From a virus, in IMG/VR virus record IMGVR_UViG_3300013094_000033, positions 1 to 64,000 of that record: DNA of 64,000 bases, one strand, 5' to 3'. This document shows, one piece after another, positions 1 through 7,609 of this stretch. Positions within the stretch are counted from its first letter, which is position 1. Every line of letters starts with the position of its first letter. Below the pieces are notes generated by a model, which did no database searches, was not told the DNA's origin, and saw nothing but the letters and a program-made list of their open reading frames with translations. Both the position numbers and the translations under genes were made by a program.

Positions 1-74
1 CGGAGTGTACGGGACTCGAACCCGTGGCCTCATGCGTGACAGGCATGCGATCTAACCAACTGAGCTAACACTCC
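1..74 (-). tRNA. tRNA-Asp(GUC); the 3' CCA, if encoded, lies beyond the window edge
   Basis: Reverse complement GGAGTGTTAGCTCAGTTGGTTAGATCGCATGCCT-GTC-ACGCATGAGGCCACGGGTTCGAGTCCCGTACACTCCG forms a cloverleaf with a TTCGA T-loop and G discriminator. Confidence 0.95.
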
Positions 75-77
75 AAA

Positions 78-298
78 ACTATATTAAGATGTACTACAGG
101 AACCATTGTAGATCTATCTCTACCTAAGGGAACGTCTCCGCATAGGCCTCCACGGTCATTACTGCCTACATGATCCGTCATCTCATCCTATTGCTAGGAC
201 CTGACTTCGTGAACTCTAAGATTGCGTAGGGCGGCCCCTTTGCTCCTCTCTTAAAGTGCCTAACGGTGTAGGTAACCTCTAATACATTTTAATATAGT
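78..298 (-). ncRNA. Unidentified ~220-nt structured RNA, copy 1 of a tandem pair
   Basis: The ends pair in a long AU-rich stem. Internal hairpins include UCCUA-GCAA-UAGGA. Roughly 80-85% identical by eye to 304-529, with compensatory changes. No ORF in the track. Confidence 0.75.
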
Positions 299-303
299 AA
301 GAA

Positions 304-529
304 ACTATATTAAGATATATTATAGGAACCATTGTTGATCTATCTCTACTTACAGGAACCTTTCCACGTAAGTCTCAACGGTCATTACTGCCTACCGACT
401 CCGTCATCCGATCCCATTGCTAGGACCTGACTTCATGGACTTTAAGATTGCGTCAGTAGCTCTCGACTACTTGCACCTCTTTTTAAGTCCCTAACGGTGT
501 AGGTAACCTTTAATACATTTTAATATAGT
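304..529 (-). ncRNA. Unidentified ~225-nt structured RNA, copy 2 of a tandem pair
   Basis: Same architecture as copy 1. Most internal differences keep pairing on the minus strand through G-U wobbles or compensatory swaps. Confidence 0.75.
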
Positions 530-550
530 ATGAAACTATACTAATTTAAT

Positions 551-578
551 TTTTAAAGAACGTTGTTAATTTCTTAAC
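551..578 (-). promoter_or_regulatory. boxB-like hairpin plus boxA-like antitermination signal
   Basis: Minus strand reads GTTAA-GAAA-TTAAC then CGTTCTTTAAAA (rrn boxA consensus TGCTCTTTAACA), just after a promoter and before non-coding RNA genes. Confidence 0.55.
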
Positions 579-586
579 ATGTATGT

Positions 587-615
587 ATTGTAGCAAACTT
601 TTCTTTTTGGTGCAA
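587..615 (-). promoter_or_regulatory. sigma70-type promoter for the ncRNA/tRNA region
   Basis: TTGCAC-17 nt-TACAAT on the minus strand. Confidence 0.7.
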
Positions 616-692
616 CTGTTTTTTACAACTGTTGCTTTTTTGCTACAACGTTTGTTTGATAACAAACTTGGTTAATTTCTTAACTTGTTTCT

Positions 693-737
693 ATTGTATA
701 ACAAACGTCTTTATGTGTCTGTTGTATTTTTACAACA
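693..737 (-). promoter_or_regulatory. Second tandem sigma70-type promoter with an adjacent palindrome
   Basis: CAGACA-17 nt-TACAAT, followed by the same GTTAAGAAATTAAC hairpin (671-684) as the first promoter. Palindrome TGTTGTA-N4-TACAACA at 720-737. Confidence 0.55.
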
Positions 738-743
738 TGTTGT

Positions 744-784
744 TATTCTAAAACACACTAGTTTGCTTAATGTGTTTTAGAATA
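744..784. repeat. Perfect 14-bp AT-rich inverted repeat (processing stem or terminator-like)
   Basis: TATTCTAAAACACA (744-757) pairs with TGTGTTTTAGAATA (771-784). No U-tract follows on either strand. Confidence 0.6.
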
Positions 785-927
785 CCCTCTTGGTAGAGGA
801 TATGGTAGGGTTGATACCCTACCCAGGAGTCTTACTAAGTGCATTTTCGCTACACGTTCATGTATCCTGTCCGCCCGTTTTGCTTGTTTATTGTGTTGCA
901 GGGACCTCGTTTCCCATTCCACATAAC

Positions 928-959
928 AAAAAACCCTAGGGTTTTTAATCCTAGGGTCC
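928..959 (-). terminator. Intrinsic terminator of a putative attenuator
   Basis: Minus strand GGACCCUAGG-AUUAAAAAC-CCUAGGG-UUUUUU. Confidence 0.75.
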
Positions 960-981
960 TTGGAGTTTGTGTACTTTTTAG

Positions 982-1128
982 TTACACCGTGTCCTCCCGG
1001 ACCCTAGTAATCTCTGATGTGCGATCATTACTTGTAAACATCGGCGCACAAATCACAGACCAATAGGCTAACACGCCTAGTTTGGGCTGTTTATTTTGTA
1101 GCGAATGTCTTAGAGTTGTTTGCATCAT
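982..1128 (-). CDS. 48-aa putative leader peptide MMQTTLRHSLQNKQPKLGVLAYWSVICAPMFTSNDRTSEITRVREDTV (not in the ORF track)
   Basis: ATG at 1128 and TAA at 984-982 are in frame. AGGT and a GATAAATA late-type motif lie upstream. The 3' end overlaps the antiterminator strand. Confidence 0.6.
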   Translation of the reverse strand: MMQTTLRHSLQNKQPKLGVLAYWSVICAPMFTSNDRTSEITRVREDTV

Positions 1129-1159
1129 GTACCTATTGTAGTTTATTTATCTCTTGTTG

Positions 1160-2413
1160 TCAAATGTATTTATTAAATTCGGTAATCAACCAGGGAAAAG
1201 TTTTTGGCCAACTTGTGCCGCGTCTACGATCCATTTCAGTTAAAAAGTAATACAATCGTTTTATCATTTCCAAATTTGGTCGTTTGCTAGCAGATTGTTT
1301 AGCTATACCCAACAGATAATTTTTATTAGATTGATCTTCAGGGAATGTATCTGCTTTAAGAGCAATTGCTCGATTAAAATCATCAACAAAAATATCCCCA
1401 AAAATATCAATTAGGAAATGTGGTGGCCCACTTGGTGCACATTGATAATGTGCAACAGGTCTAATTTTATTCCATTCACGTATTTTAACTAATAAATCCG
1501 GCAAAGTCTTTACAGTCAACGGAGTTACTGTAGAACTAATAATTAAATTTATCCACTTATGTTGTAGTAGATAGTTAAAATTTTCTTCCCATATAGTTAG
1601 ATCCAATGGAAATCTAACGTATTCTTGTTCTGGCCCCCAACAATCTAAACTTGCAGTTATTTCAACCCCTGCAATTTTTTTACTGCCAACTAATTTGCGT
1701 AACCTGCCAACAATGTTGGTTAGATGTTTTAAATTTGTATTAAGATTAGTAAAGAATTGTAATTTTAAATGCGGTGCAGGATATTCATCAAATAAATCTA
1801 AGCATTGCTCAAATTCTTTTTGATACAATGGTTCTCCACCTAATATGTTAAAATTAGTCAGATACTTTCCGTTTTCCTTAAGCCAAGAAAATATCTTTTC
1901 TTTATTTGAATCTATATTTTTACTTTTTTGAAATTTGTCAGAAATATCAATTGCTTGACTTTTAAAATACCCAAATTTTTTATTTTCAGCGTCCCACAGA
2001 CTACTAAATTTAGGACTACAATACAAGCATTTTAAATTACAGGTATTGTCAAAGTAAACTTCTAATATTCGCGGAGTAACACGTATTGCAGAGCTATCAG
2101 TGTCTAGCTCGGGTGGCGGATACATACCTGGAAAATTTAAATTTGTGATCCTGTCACTTTGTCCGCCAGCATCTTCTATATTTTTACAGTATTCACAGCC
2201 ATCCCCGGGCCATTGGCCCTCTAGCATCAAAGATCTTTGCTTGAGTTTTTCGGGGGTGTTGTGAAAATCGAATGTGCTAGTGTCAAATTTATGTTGGTTT
2301 ACACGATGACAACTAGCAGTTTCTTCAGTTGTTAAAAAAATTGTACTCCAATTCCACTTTAGCTGGCAAGCAGTTTCGGTTTGAATTGGAAATAATTTAT
2401 GCTTTAACGTCAT
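1160..2413 (-). CDS. Radical SAM protein with N-terminal auxiliary Cys motifs
   Basis: CNLKCLYC (CxxxCxxC), GGEP, and N-terminal CQLKW/CH/CEYC. Confidence 0.9.
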   Translation of the reverse strand: MTLKHKLFPIQTETACQLKWNWSTIFLTTEETASCHRVNQHKFDTSTFDFHNTPEKLKQRSLMLEGQWPGDGCEYCKNIEDAGGQSDRITNLNFPGMYPPPELDTDSSAIRVTPRILEVYFDNTCNLKCLYCSPKFSSLWDAENKKFGYFKSQAIDISDKFQKSKNIDSNKEKIFSWLKENGKYLTNFNILGGEPLYQKEFEQCLDLFDEYPAPHLKLQFFTNLNTNLKHLTNIVGRLRKLVGSKKIAGVEITASLDCWGPEQEYVRFPLDLTIWEENFNYLLQHKWINLIISSTVTPLTVKTLPDLLVKIREWNKIRPVAHYQCAPSGPPHFLIDIFGDIFVDDFNRAIALKADTFPEDQSNKNYLLGIAKQSASKRPNLEMIKRLYYFLTEMDRRRGTSWPKTFPWLITEFNKYI

Positions 2414-2642
2414 TCGTAGTGGTGGTATTCAACGTTGGTTCGTTAATACGTTTAAGTTCATCGTCAGTCATAAAACGACTTGGTTGTTCATTTACTGTAT
2501 TCCAGTTTTTAAACCAACCCAGTGGTTTCCAGAATCTATAAATGATGTTGTTAACAACAACAATAAGAATTACTGCTACAAGAATTGCCAAACCAGTTAA
2601 AATACTTCCGGCCAAAATGTTAGCGGCGTTATCGATATCCAT
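2397..2642 (-). CDS. Small membrane protein
   Basis: One hydrophobic helix (ILAGSILTGLAILVAVILIVVV). AAGGA RBS upstream. Confidence 0.7.
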   Translation of the reverse strand: MDIDNAANILAGSILTGLAILVAVILIVVVNNIIYRFWKPLGWFKNWNTVNEQPSRFMTDDELKRINEPTLNTTTTNDVKA

Positions 2643-2664
2643 TGTGTTTCCTTGAAAAGTTGAT

Positions 2665-2741
2665 TGGTGCGCCGAGAGGGACTTGAACCCCCAACCAATC
2701 GATTATGAGTCGACTGCTCTAACCAACTGAGCTATCAGCGC
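2665..2741 (-). tRNA. tRNA with CAU anticodon, most likely tRNA-Ile2 (lysidine type)
   Basis: GCGCTGATAGCTCAGTTGGTTAGAGCAGTCGACT-CAT-AATCGATTGGTTGGGGGTTCAAGTCCCTCTCGGCGCACCA. The anticodon arm resembles ileX-type tRNAs and lacks the initiator GGG/CCC stem. Confidence 0.9.
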
Positions 2742-2750
2742 AAGTTTTAT

Positions 2751-2779
2751 ATTATACTAGCAAATTAGTATTGTGTCAA
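2751..2779 (-). promoter_or_regulatory. Perfect-consensus sigma70 promoter for the CAU tRNA
   Basis: TTGACA-17 nt-TATAAT, with the -10 box about 10 nt upstream of the tRNA 5' end. Confidence 0.9.
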
Positions 2780-4461
2780 GTTCTACGTTGACGTCCGGGC
2801 ACAGTCTGTGGCGTTGTAGCAACACGTTTTGTACGAGGAGTAGAATCTGCTGGGCCAAGACCATGTATGGCTACATCTTCTTTTTCTTCTTGCTGTTCTG
2901 CTTGTGCTCGAAGTTGTACACGAGTTGGGTCGCTGTTAAATTTCTGGAAATATTCTTTTGCTCTGGCACTTGTTGCACTTGGACCAAAATAAATTCCGGG
3001 ACTACACTTGGCTGCACTTCTATTCATAGTCATTGGACTAGGAAAATGTACCGTCGATTCTCCAGAATTAGAATCTGGTTTGTCGTTTAACAAGTTAACT
3101 ATGTCCTTGGCCATAATGATCTTGTACTCTTGCACACTACTGTTAAACAAGATAAACCCATCGTTGCCTTTGCCAGCTGCGTATTCAATTAATGCCATTA
3201 CACCCTGTTCACGTGCAATAGTTTTTGTATCCATGGTATCAATGGCCTTCATTAGGCGTCGCATCGCGGCTTTAAAATCATATCCTGGGAAATTTAAAGT
3301 ACTAGGAAACATAGATCCCATCATGTAGCCAATTAATCTTGGTGCGGCGCCCGGCTTTTTGACACTTAGCAAATTTAAAAATGTAACAAGATCTGGTAAC
3401 TTAGAACTACGGAAGTCTGCATTATTCCATAATGAATTCATTTTTGTATCCATTGTACCAAAGTTCTCTAGCAACCAATCATTGCCAACACTACGCAGTT
3501 GTGCACCCGATACTTCTTTACCAGCCGTGCTGTCTAACCATGCTTCGTTTGCTTTACCGGTGCTAGGCAAAGAACCATCTTTGTTACGCTTACTAGTAGG
3601 GCTCAATGAACCGCATTTAACTTCAAATTTGGTGCGTTTACCATTGATGTCAATTACAACATCGCCACCTTCATCAGCAGCAGGTTTCTTAGCACCGCCC
3701 ATGATAGCCAACATAGCTTCAAATGGGCCAGTGGCTCCGCGTTGTCCAGTACTTAAACTAATGTCTAACAATGTATCTTTAACACTTGCAAACACATCTT
3801 TAACACCAGGAACTTTAGTTGTAACTACATCATCAAGTGATCCTTGTCTACGTTTTAACATACCTGCTACGTCCATGGCAGTATGATTTTCGCAGGCCTT
3901 TAAGAACTTTACACGTGATTCTCTTGGAATAGAAATACTAAACATACCAACAAGATTACGTGCCCAAATTGGTTTAAGATCAAAGTCCTTGGCAAATTGT
4001 TGTGCAGTTCTTTCAATGTCGGCATCAAGTTTACCAATTTCGCCCTTGGTATTAAGCTGAATACCTTTAATTGCTGCTGTAGTTGCACGAGCAACTTCAG
4101 GTTGTTGTGCTAACTGTACTTTAGTACTTAATGCCGCAACATACTGTTCAAACTCAGCCAACTTAGCGGCTTGATTTGGATGTTCTTGTTTGTATAATGC
4201 AAGAGCCGCATTTAAATATGCTTCATTTGCATTAGCAATAAATTGTTTGTTAGGAGTTGCACCTGATTGTTGTTTGATTGCTTCTGTTATATCAGGTTGT
4301 ACAACACGTAAAATATCAGCAGTAGTACCAACGATATAATCAATAAATTGATTTAGCGGAGACCCAGCAGGCAATTTGCTTTGTGCTTGAATCAAAGTCT
4401 TTAAGTTTGCGCCAAAACTAGTGGGTGAGGCGGCTTCTACTAGTGTAATTAAATCTCTCAT
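2776..4461 (-). CDS. Putative virion-internal protein with a PD-(D/E)xK nuclease-like domain
   Basis: N-terminus MRDLITLVE resembles a capsid-targeting propeptide. GPFE...GGDVVI...FEVKCG fits a nuclease motif. TAAATA lies 4 nt before the ATG. Confidence 0.55.
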   Translation of the reverse strand: MRDLITLVEAASPTSFGANLKTLIQAQSKLPAGSPLNQFIDYIVGTTADILRVVQPDITEAIKQQSGATPNKQFIANANEAYLNAALALYKQEHPNQAAKLAEFEQYVAALSTKVQLAQQPEVARATTAAIKGIQLNTKGEIGKLDADIERTAQQFAKDFDLKPIWARNLVGMFSISIPRESRVKFLKACENHTAMDVAGMLKRRQGSLDDVVTTKVPGVKDVFASVKDTLLDISLSTGQRGATGPFEAMLAIMGGAKKPAADEGGDVVIDINGKRTKFEVKCGSLSPTSKRNKDGSLPSTGKANEAWLDSTAGKEVSGAQLRSVGNDWLLENFGTMDTKMNSLWNNADFRSSKLPDLVTFLNLLSVKKPGAAPRLIGYMMGSMFPSTLNFPGYDFKAAMRRLMKAIDTMDTKTIAREQGVMALIEYAAGKGNDGFILFNSSVQEYKIIMAKDIVNLLNDKPDSNSGESTVHFPSPMTMNRSAAKCSPGIYFGPSATSARAKEYFQKFNSDPTRVQLRAQAEQQEEKEDVAIHGLGPADSTPRTKRVATTPQTVPGRQRRT

Positions 4462-4476
4462 CTTGTATTTATTCTT

Positions 4477-5229
4477 TTAATTAGTTATTTGATAAAGCCC
4501 GCGATCTAACCATTGTACTACTAGATCATCTAATCTAGCATGCCCATATTTGTTTACGCTTTTAGCAAGATAATCATTTATTAGTCCTTTTTCTGCTAAT
4601 TCATACCATGACACTTGCTCAGTTATGGGGTCATTTTCTGTTGCGTATACTGCTGCGTACAACCAAGGACTATTGTCTACTCTATAAAAATAAGCATCAT
4701 TACAATCAAACCCTGATATGGCCAGCATATATATTAAGCTGAGTATATTGTGACTGTAATATTGATGACTATGGTTGGCTACTACAAGCCTATTATTTAG
4801 CAAATAAGTAGTCTGTGGGATAGCCATTATTAACATGCCGTTTATGTTCATTGAACGTTTCCATGTGGCTAAACATTTAAAAGGATCTCTAGCATACTGA
4901 AAACTATCATGTGCCCAAATTATATCAACGTCCCTGGGCAATAGTCGCTCTTCAAAGTCACCTTCAATGGGTATAATATTTTTAGTTGCAAGAACTTCAG
5001 GTTCTAAACGACCGATATCTTTATCAACTGCATATACTATATAATTTCTAGGTTCCGGCGGATCATCACGTGTTTCAAGATTGCCCCACCAGTATGAATC
5101 AAGCCCTTGCCCACAACCCATGTCTGCAACAGTGAGTATGTTGTCTAAGAAGCTGTCATATCCATAAATTAAATTTAAGATAGTTAAACTATGTTGATGA
5201 CTGTCGTATGCGTTTTTAAATAGAGCCAT
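4477..5229 (-). CDS. Class I SAM-dependent methyltransferase
   Basis: VADMGCGQG motif I, YAVD, and DIIWAHDSFQY. Confidence 0.85.
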   Translation of the reverse strand: MALFKNAYDSHQHSLTILNLIYGYDSFLDNILTVADMGCGQGLDSYWWGNLETRDDPPEPRNYIVYAVDKDIGRLEPEVLATKNIIPIEGDFEERLLPRDVDIIWAHDSFQYARDPFKCLATWKRSMNINGMLIMAIPQTTYLLNNRLVVANHSHQYYSHNILSLIYMLAISGFDCNDAYFYRVDNSPWLYAAVYATENDPITEQVSWYELAEKGLINDYLAKSVNKYGHARLDDLVVQWLDRGLYQITN

Positions 5230-5470
5230 CGGTTAATATATCCAGTACTACTGTTTCTTTAAATTTTTTAAGTCGAGGCTCAAGTTGGTGGCAAGCCTCT
5301 GCAATCTCATGATCACTGCCCCAGGCTCGTTGTGTATGTAAATGATTTGCCCACGTTGCACAACTTTCTTTAGCAATCTCAACATCTAATGCATTATGAT
5401 AAGGTCGGGCGCGGCAACATGCTGAGTACTCGTCTAGCATCTCATCTGCACGTGCTTTCCAATCTATCAT
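5216..5470 (-). CDS. Hypothetical protein
   Basis: ORF overlaps both neighbours in an operon-like arrangement. Confidence 0.7.
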   Translation of the reverse strand: MIDWKARADEMLDEYSACCRARPYHNALDVEIAKESCATWANHLHTQRAWGSDHEIAEACHQLEPRLKKFKETVVLDILTDGSI

Positions 5471-5919
5471 ACTATGATATCCTCCATACCAGCAGTACGT
5501 AACCTAACTACGTGTCCTAGCATAAAGTTTTTACTTTCAATGCCTTTCATAACGCCTAACCACTTGTTTCGTAGTAATGCGACTTCGTTAATGATGGTTT
5601 CCATGTCAATTACTTCATCTTCGGCCTCGGCGTACTTTTCAGCGTCCCTACTGGTTAATGCACGAGCATACGCTTCAAGATATTTTTTATAATGCTTTTG
5701 CCTAATCTTACGCAACTGTATATTTAAGAATTCCAATACAGCTTCAATTTCCTGTAATTGATTGAATCGTTGCTCAGTAATTCCCGGCAGATTACTTAGC
5801 GCACGCTCAACATTACCAGTGATGCGAATTTCTCCCTTGGCAATCTTTAATTCATGTTCGTAGTAATCAATAAATCCTGGAATTTCGCCCAGGTTTGCAA
5901 CAACTCTGTTATACCACAT
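5467..5919 (-). CDS. uvsY: UvsY-like recombination mediator
   Basis: 150-aa helical protein with KYLEAYARALTSRDAEKYAEAE; lies near uvsX. Confidence 0.75.
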   Translation of the reverse strand: MWYNRVVANLGEIPGFIDYYEHELKIAKGEIRITGNVERALSNLPGITEQRFNQLQEIEAVLEFLNIQLRKIRQKHYKKYLEAYARALTSRDAEKYAEAEDEVIDMETIINEVALLRNKWLGVMKGIESKNFMLGHVVRLRTAGMEDIIV

Positions 5920-5921
5920 GT

Positions 5922-6152
5922 TTAATCTTCGTAATTATAGTTGTCGTCTTCATCTTCTTCATCAGCTGAATACTCTTTGAAAGCACGTTTTAATGTAGAA
6001 TCAGTGCCTCCAAATTCTCGGAGATCCAAATCATTCAACATATCAACCATGACACTCATTAAGTTATCTGCTGCTTCTTGTCGGTCTTTTGTCGGGATAT
6101 ACTGTTTTAAAATAGTATACATTTCACTAAGGACTTCAACCTCGATACTCAT
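5922..6152 (-). CDS. Small acidic hypothetical protein
   Basis: Coupled ORF with an acidic tail (DEEDEDD). Confidence 0.7.
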   Translation of the reverse strand: MSIEVEVLSEMYTILKQYIPTKDRQEAADNLMSVMVDMLNDLDLREFGGTDSTLKRAFKEYSADEEDEDDNYNYED

Positions 6153-7609
6153 AATGTTTTACCTTCTGCAATTAATTGTTTAACTCTTATTAAGTTTATT
6201 CGTCCTGCAAATAAACTTGCATCATCAACTACTTTATGTATGACAATTTTTTCAATGTTAGGATTTTCTAACAATTCCCTCATTTTAACCAATATGTTTT
6301 CGTAGCACCTGTTAAAAATTGTTTGGCAACGTATACTCATTGGATAAAAGTTTAAAACTCTATCTGTGGCAGTAGGTTGATCAAACAAATATTCCGAGTA
6401 AGAATATATATCATCATCTAGTGCTAATTGTACTGCATTTTGAATATCAACTGGAAAAATTCTTGCGCCGCTGGGCAAATCAATAAATGATCTTCCTAGT
6501 ATATGATATTCGCCATTTTTAAATTCAACATAGTCGCCAGTATTAAAGTATCCATCTTCGTCTAATGATTTAACATGTACACTTTGACCTTCTGATTTGG
6601 CCCATAATTGCCCATTAACTACTTTAACTTCTGTGCCGGGATATATTTTACCAATTCCAGCACCAAATACATCAAAATTTGGAGTATCTATTTCAAGTAC
6701 TGCAATAGGAATAGAGCTTACCAATGATCCATAACAACTGATAATCTTATCTGCACCTGCATTAAAAATAACATCCATTGTTCTAGGACTAGGTTTATTG
6801 CCGCCTACAAATACTGTTGTACCTTTGAATACATTAGGTGGTAATGTAAAGTTAGGATGCCATTCTGTAATTTTTAAATGTACATCATAGAACCACATTT
6901 TAGTAAAAATATTTCTATTGGCCATCATAACCAAATCGTAGAAATTATTCATTGTATAGTATGTGGTTCCAGCAAGTAACGGTGCAATCACCACCTGGGA
7001 AGTTAATCCAATATGAGTAACACCATTGACAGATCCAAAATGATCATCTTCGTCATAAAACGATTTAGACATCATTGCGGCTCCGATATAGGTCCCGCTA
7101 GTATGGGGAACATAGGTATTAGCAAGTCCCAATACTTCTCCACCTATTAGATCCCGAGATGGATCAATGTATGTTGGTGTGTATGTTGGCCTATTTGCTT
7201 CAAATTCCGAATTCAACTCTTTTTCATTGAGTATATACAAAGGTAAATCTGCTATTGGACTATCTTCAACTTTGTTCGGATCAAACCATGTAGAACCAAA
7301 TGCTGGATTAATATAATTTATGTCAACACCTGCACCCCTGCGTCTAAAGGGCTCTGGTCCATCTGTTAAATTTGAAGTTTCAATCATTATACCAAGTTCA
7401 GCGGCAGCAAAAAACATAGCAATGCTGTCGATGATGGGAAATGTGCAAATAAGAATACGTTTATATCCTGCGGCTTGCCATTTATTTTTCCAGAACTGTG
7501 TGCGATCTAAAAAATATTGTTTATCTCGTTTATTAAATGCAAGATCTACTATTACAGTTTTATCATGTATTAGATCCTGAGTGCTAGTAGGAGTCGACCA
7601 ATCAATCAT
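6149..7609 (-). CDS. ANL-superfamily (AMP-binding / acyl-CoA synthetase-like) protein with degenerate motifs
   Basis: SCYG, GYFNTGD (A7), ILGR (A8). Paralogue of 7602-9056. Confidence 0.7.
   Translation of the reverse strand: MIDWSTPTSTQDLIHDKTVIVDLAFNKRDKQYFLDRTQFWKNKWQAAGYKRILICTFPIIDSIAMFFAAAELGIMIETSNLTDGPEPFRRRGAGVDINYINPAFGSTWFDPNKVEDSPIADLPLYILNEKELNSEFEANRPTYTPTYIDPSRDLIGGEVLGLANTYVPHTSGTYIGAAMMSKSFYDEDDHFGSVNGVTHIGLTSQVVIAPLLAGTTYYTMNNFYDLVMMANRNIFTKMWFYDVHLKITEWHPNFTLPPNVFKGTTVFVGGNKPSPRTMDVIFNAGADKIISCYGSLVSSIPIAVLEIDTPNFDVFGAGIGKIYPGTEVKVVNGQLWAKSEGQSVHVKSLDEDGYFNTGDYVEFKNGEYHILGRSFIDLPSGARIFPVDIQNAVQLALDDDIYSYSEYLFDQPTATDRVLNFYPMSIRCQTIFNRCYENILVKMRELLENPNIEKIVIHKVVDDASLFAGRINLIRVKQLIAEGKTL

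Noticed and set aside
78-529. Identifying the tandem RNAs as RNase P RNA, SRP RNA or a lysine riboswitch
   Set aside because: Only short resemblances exist: GAAGUC and CCGUUGAG-hairpin-AGAUAGAU for RNase P, GUCAGGUCC for SRP, AGAGGUGC for the L-box. The RNase P P4 3' strand, the SRP AGCAG loop and the rest of the L-box are missing.
78-540. CRISPR array or MITE interpretation of the repeats
   Set aside because: There are two long, internally conserved copies with no unique spacers and no cas or transposase genes in the window. Structure-preserving changes fit an RNA gene better.
839-1066. 75-aa plus-strand ORF from the track
   Set aside because: It has a GTG start without a well-spaced RBS and runs antisense across the terminator and leader. 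The minus-strand signals explain the region better.
2665-2741. Calling the CAU tRNA an initiator tRNA-Met
   Set aside because: It has a paired G1-C72 and lacks three consecutive G-C pairs in the anticodon stem. Ile2 is favoured, though elongator Met is not fully excluded.
2776-5229. Restriction-modification pair (nuclease plus adjacent methyltransferase)
   Set aside because: The methyltransferase lacks DPPY/NPPY or PC catalytic motifs (DPPE is not in a motif IV context), and the nuclease has its own late motif.
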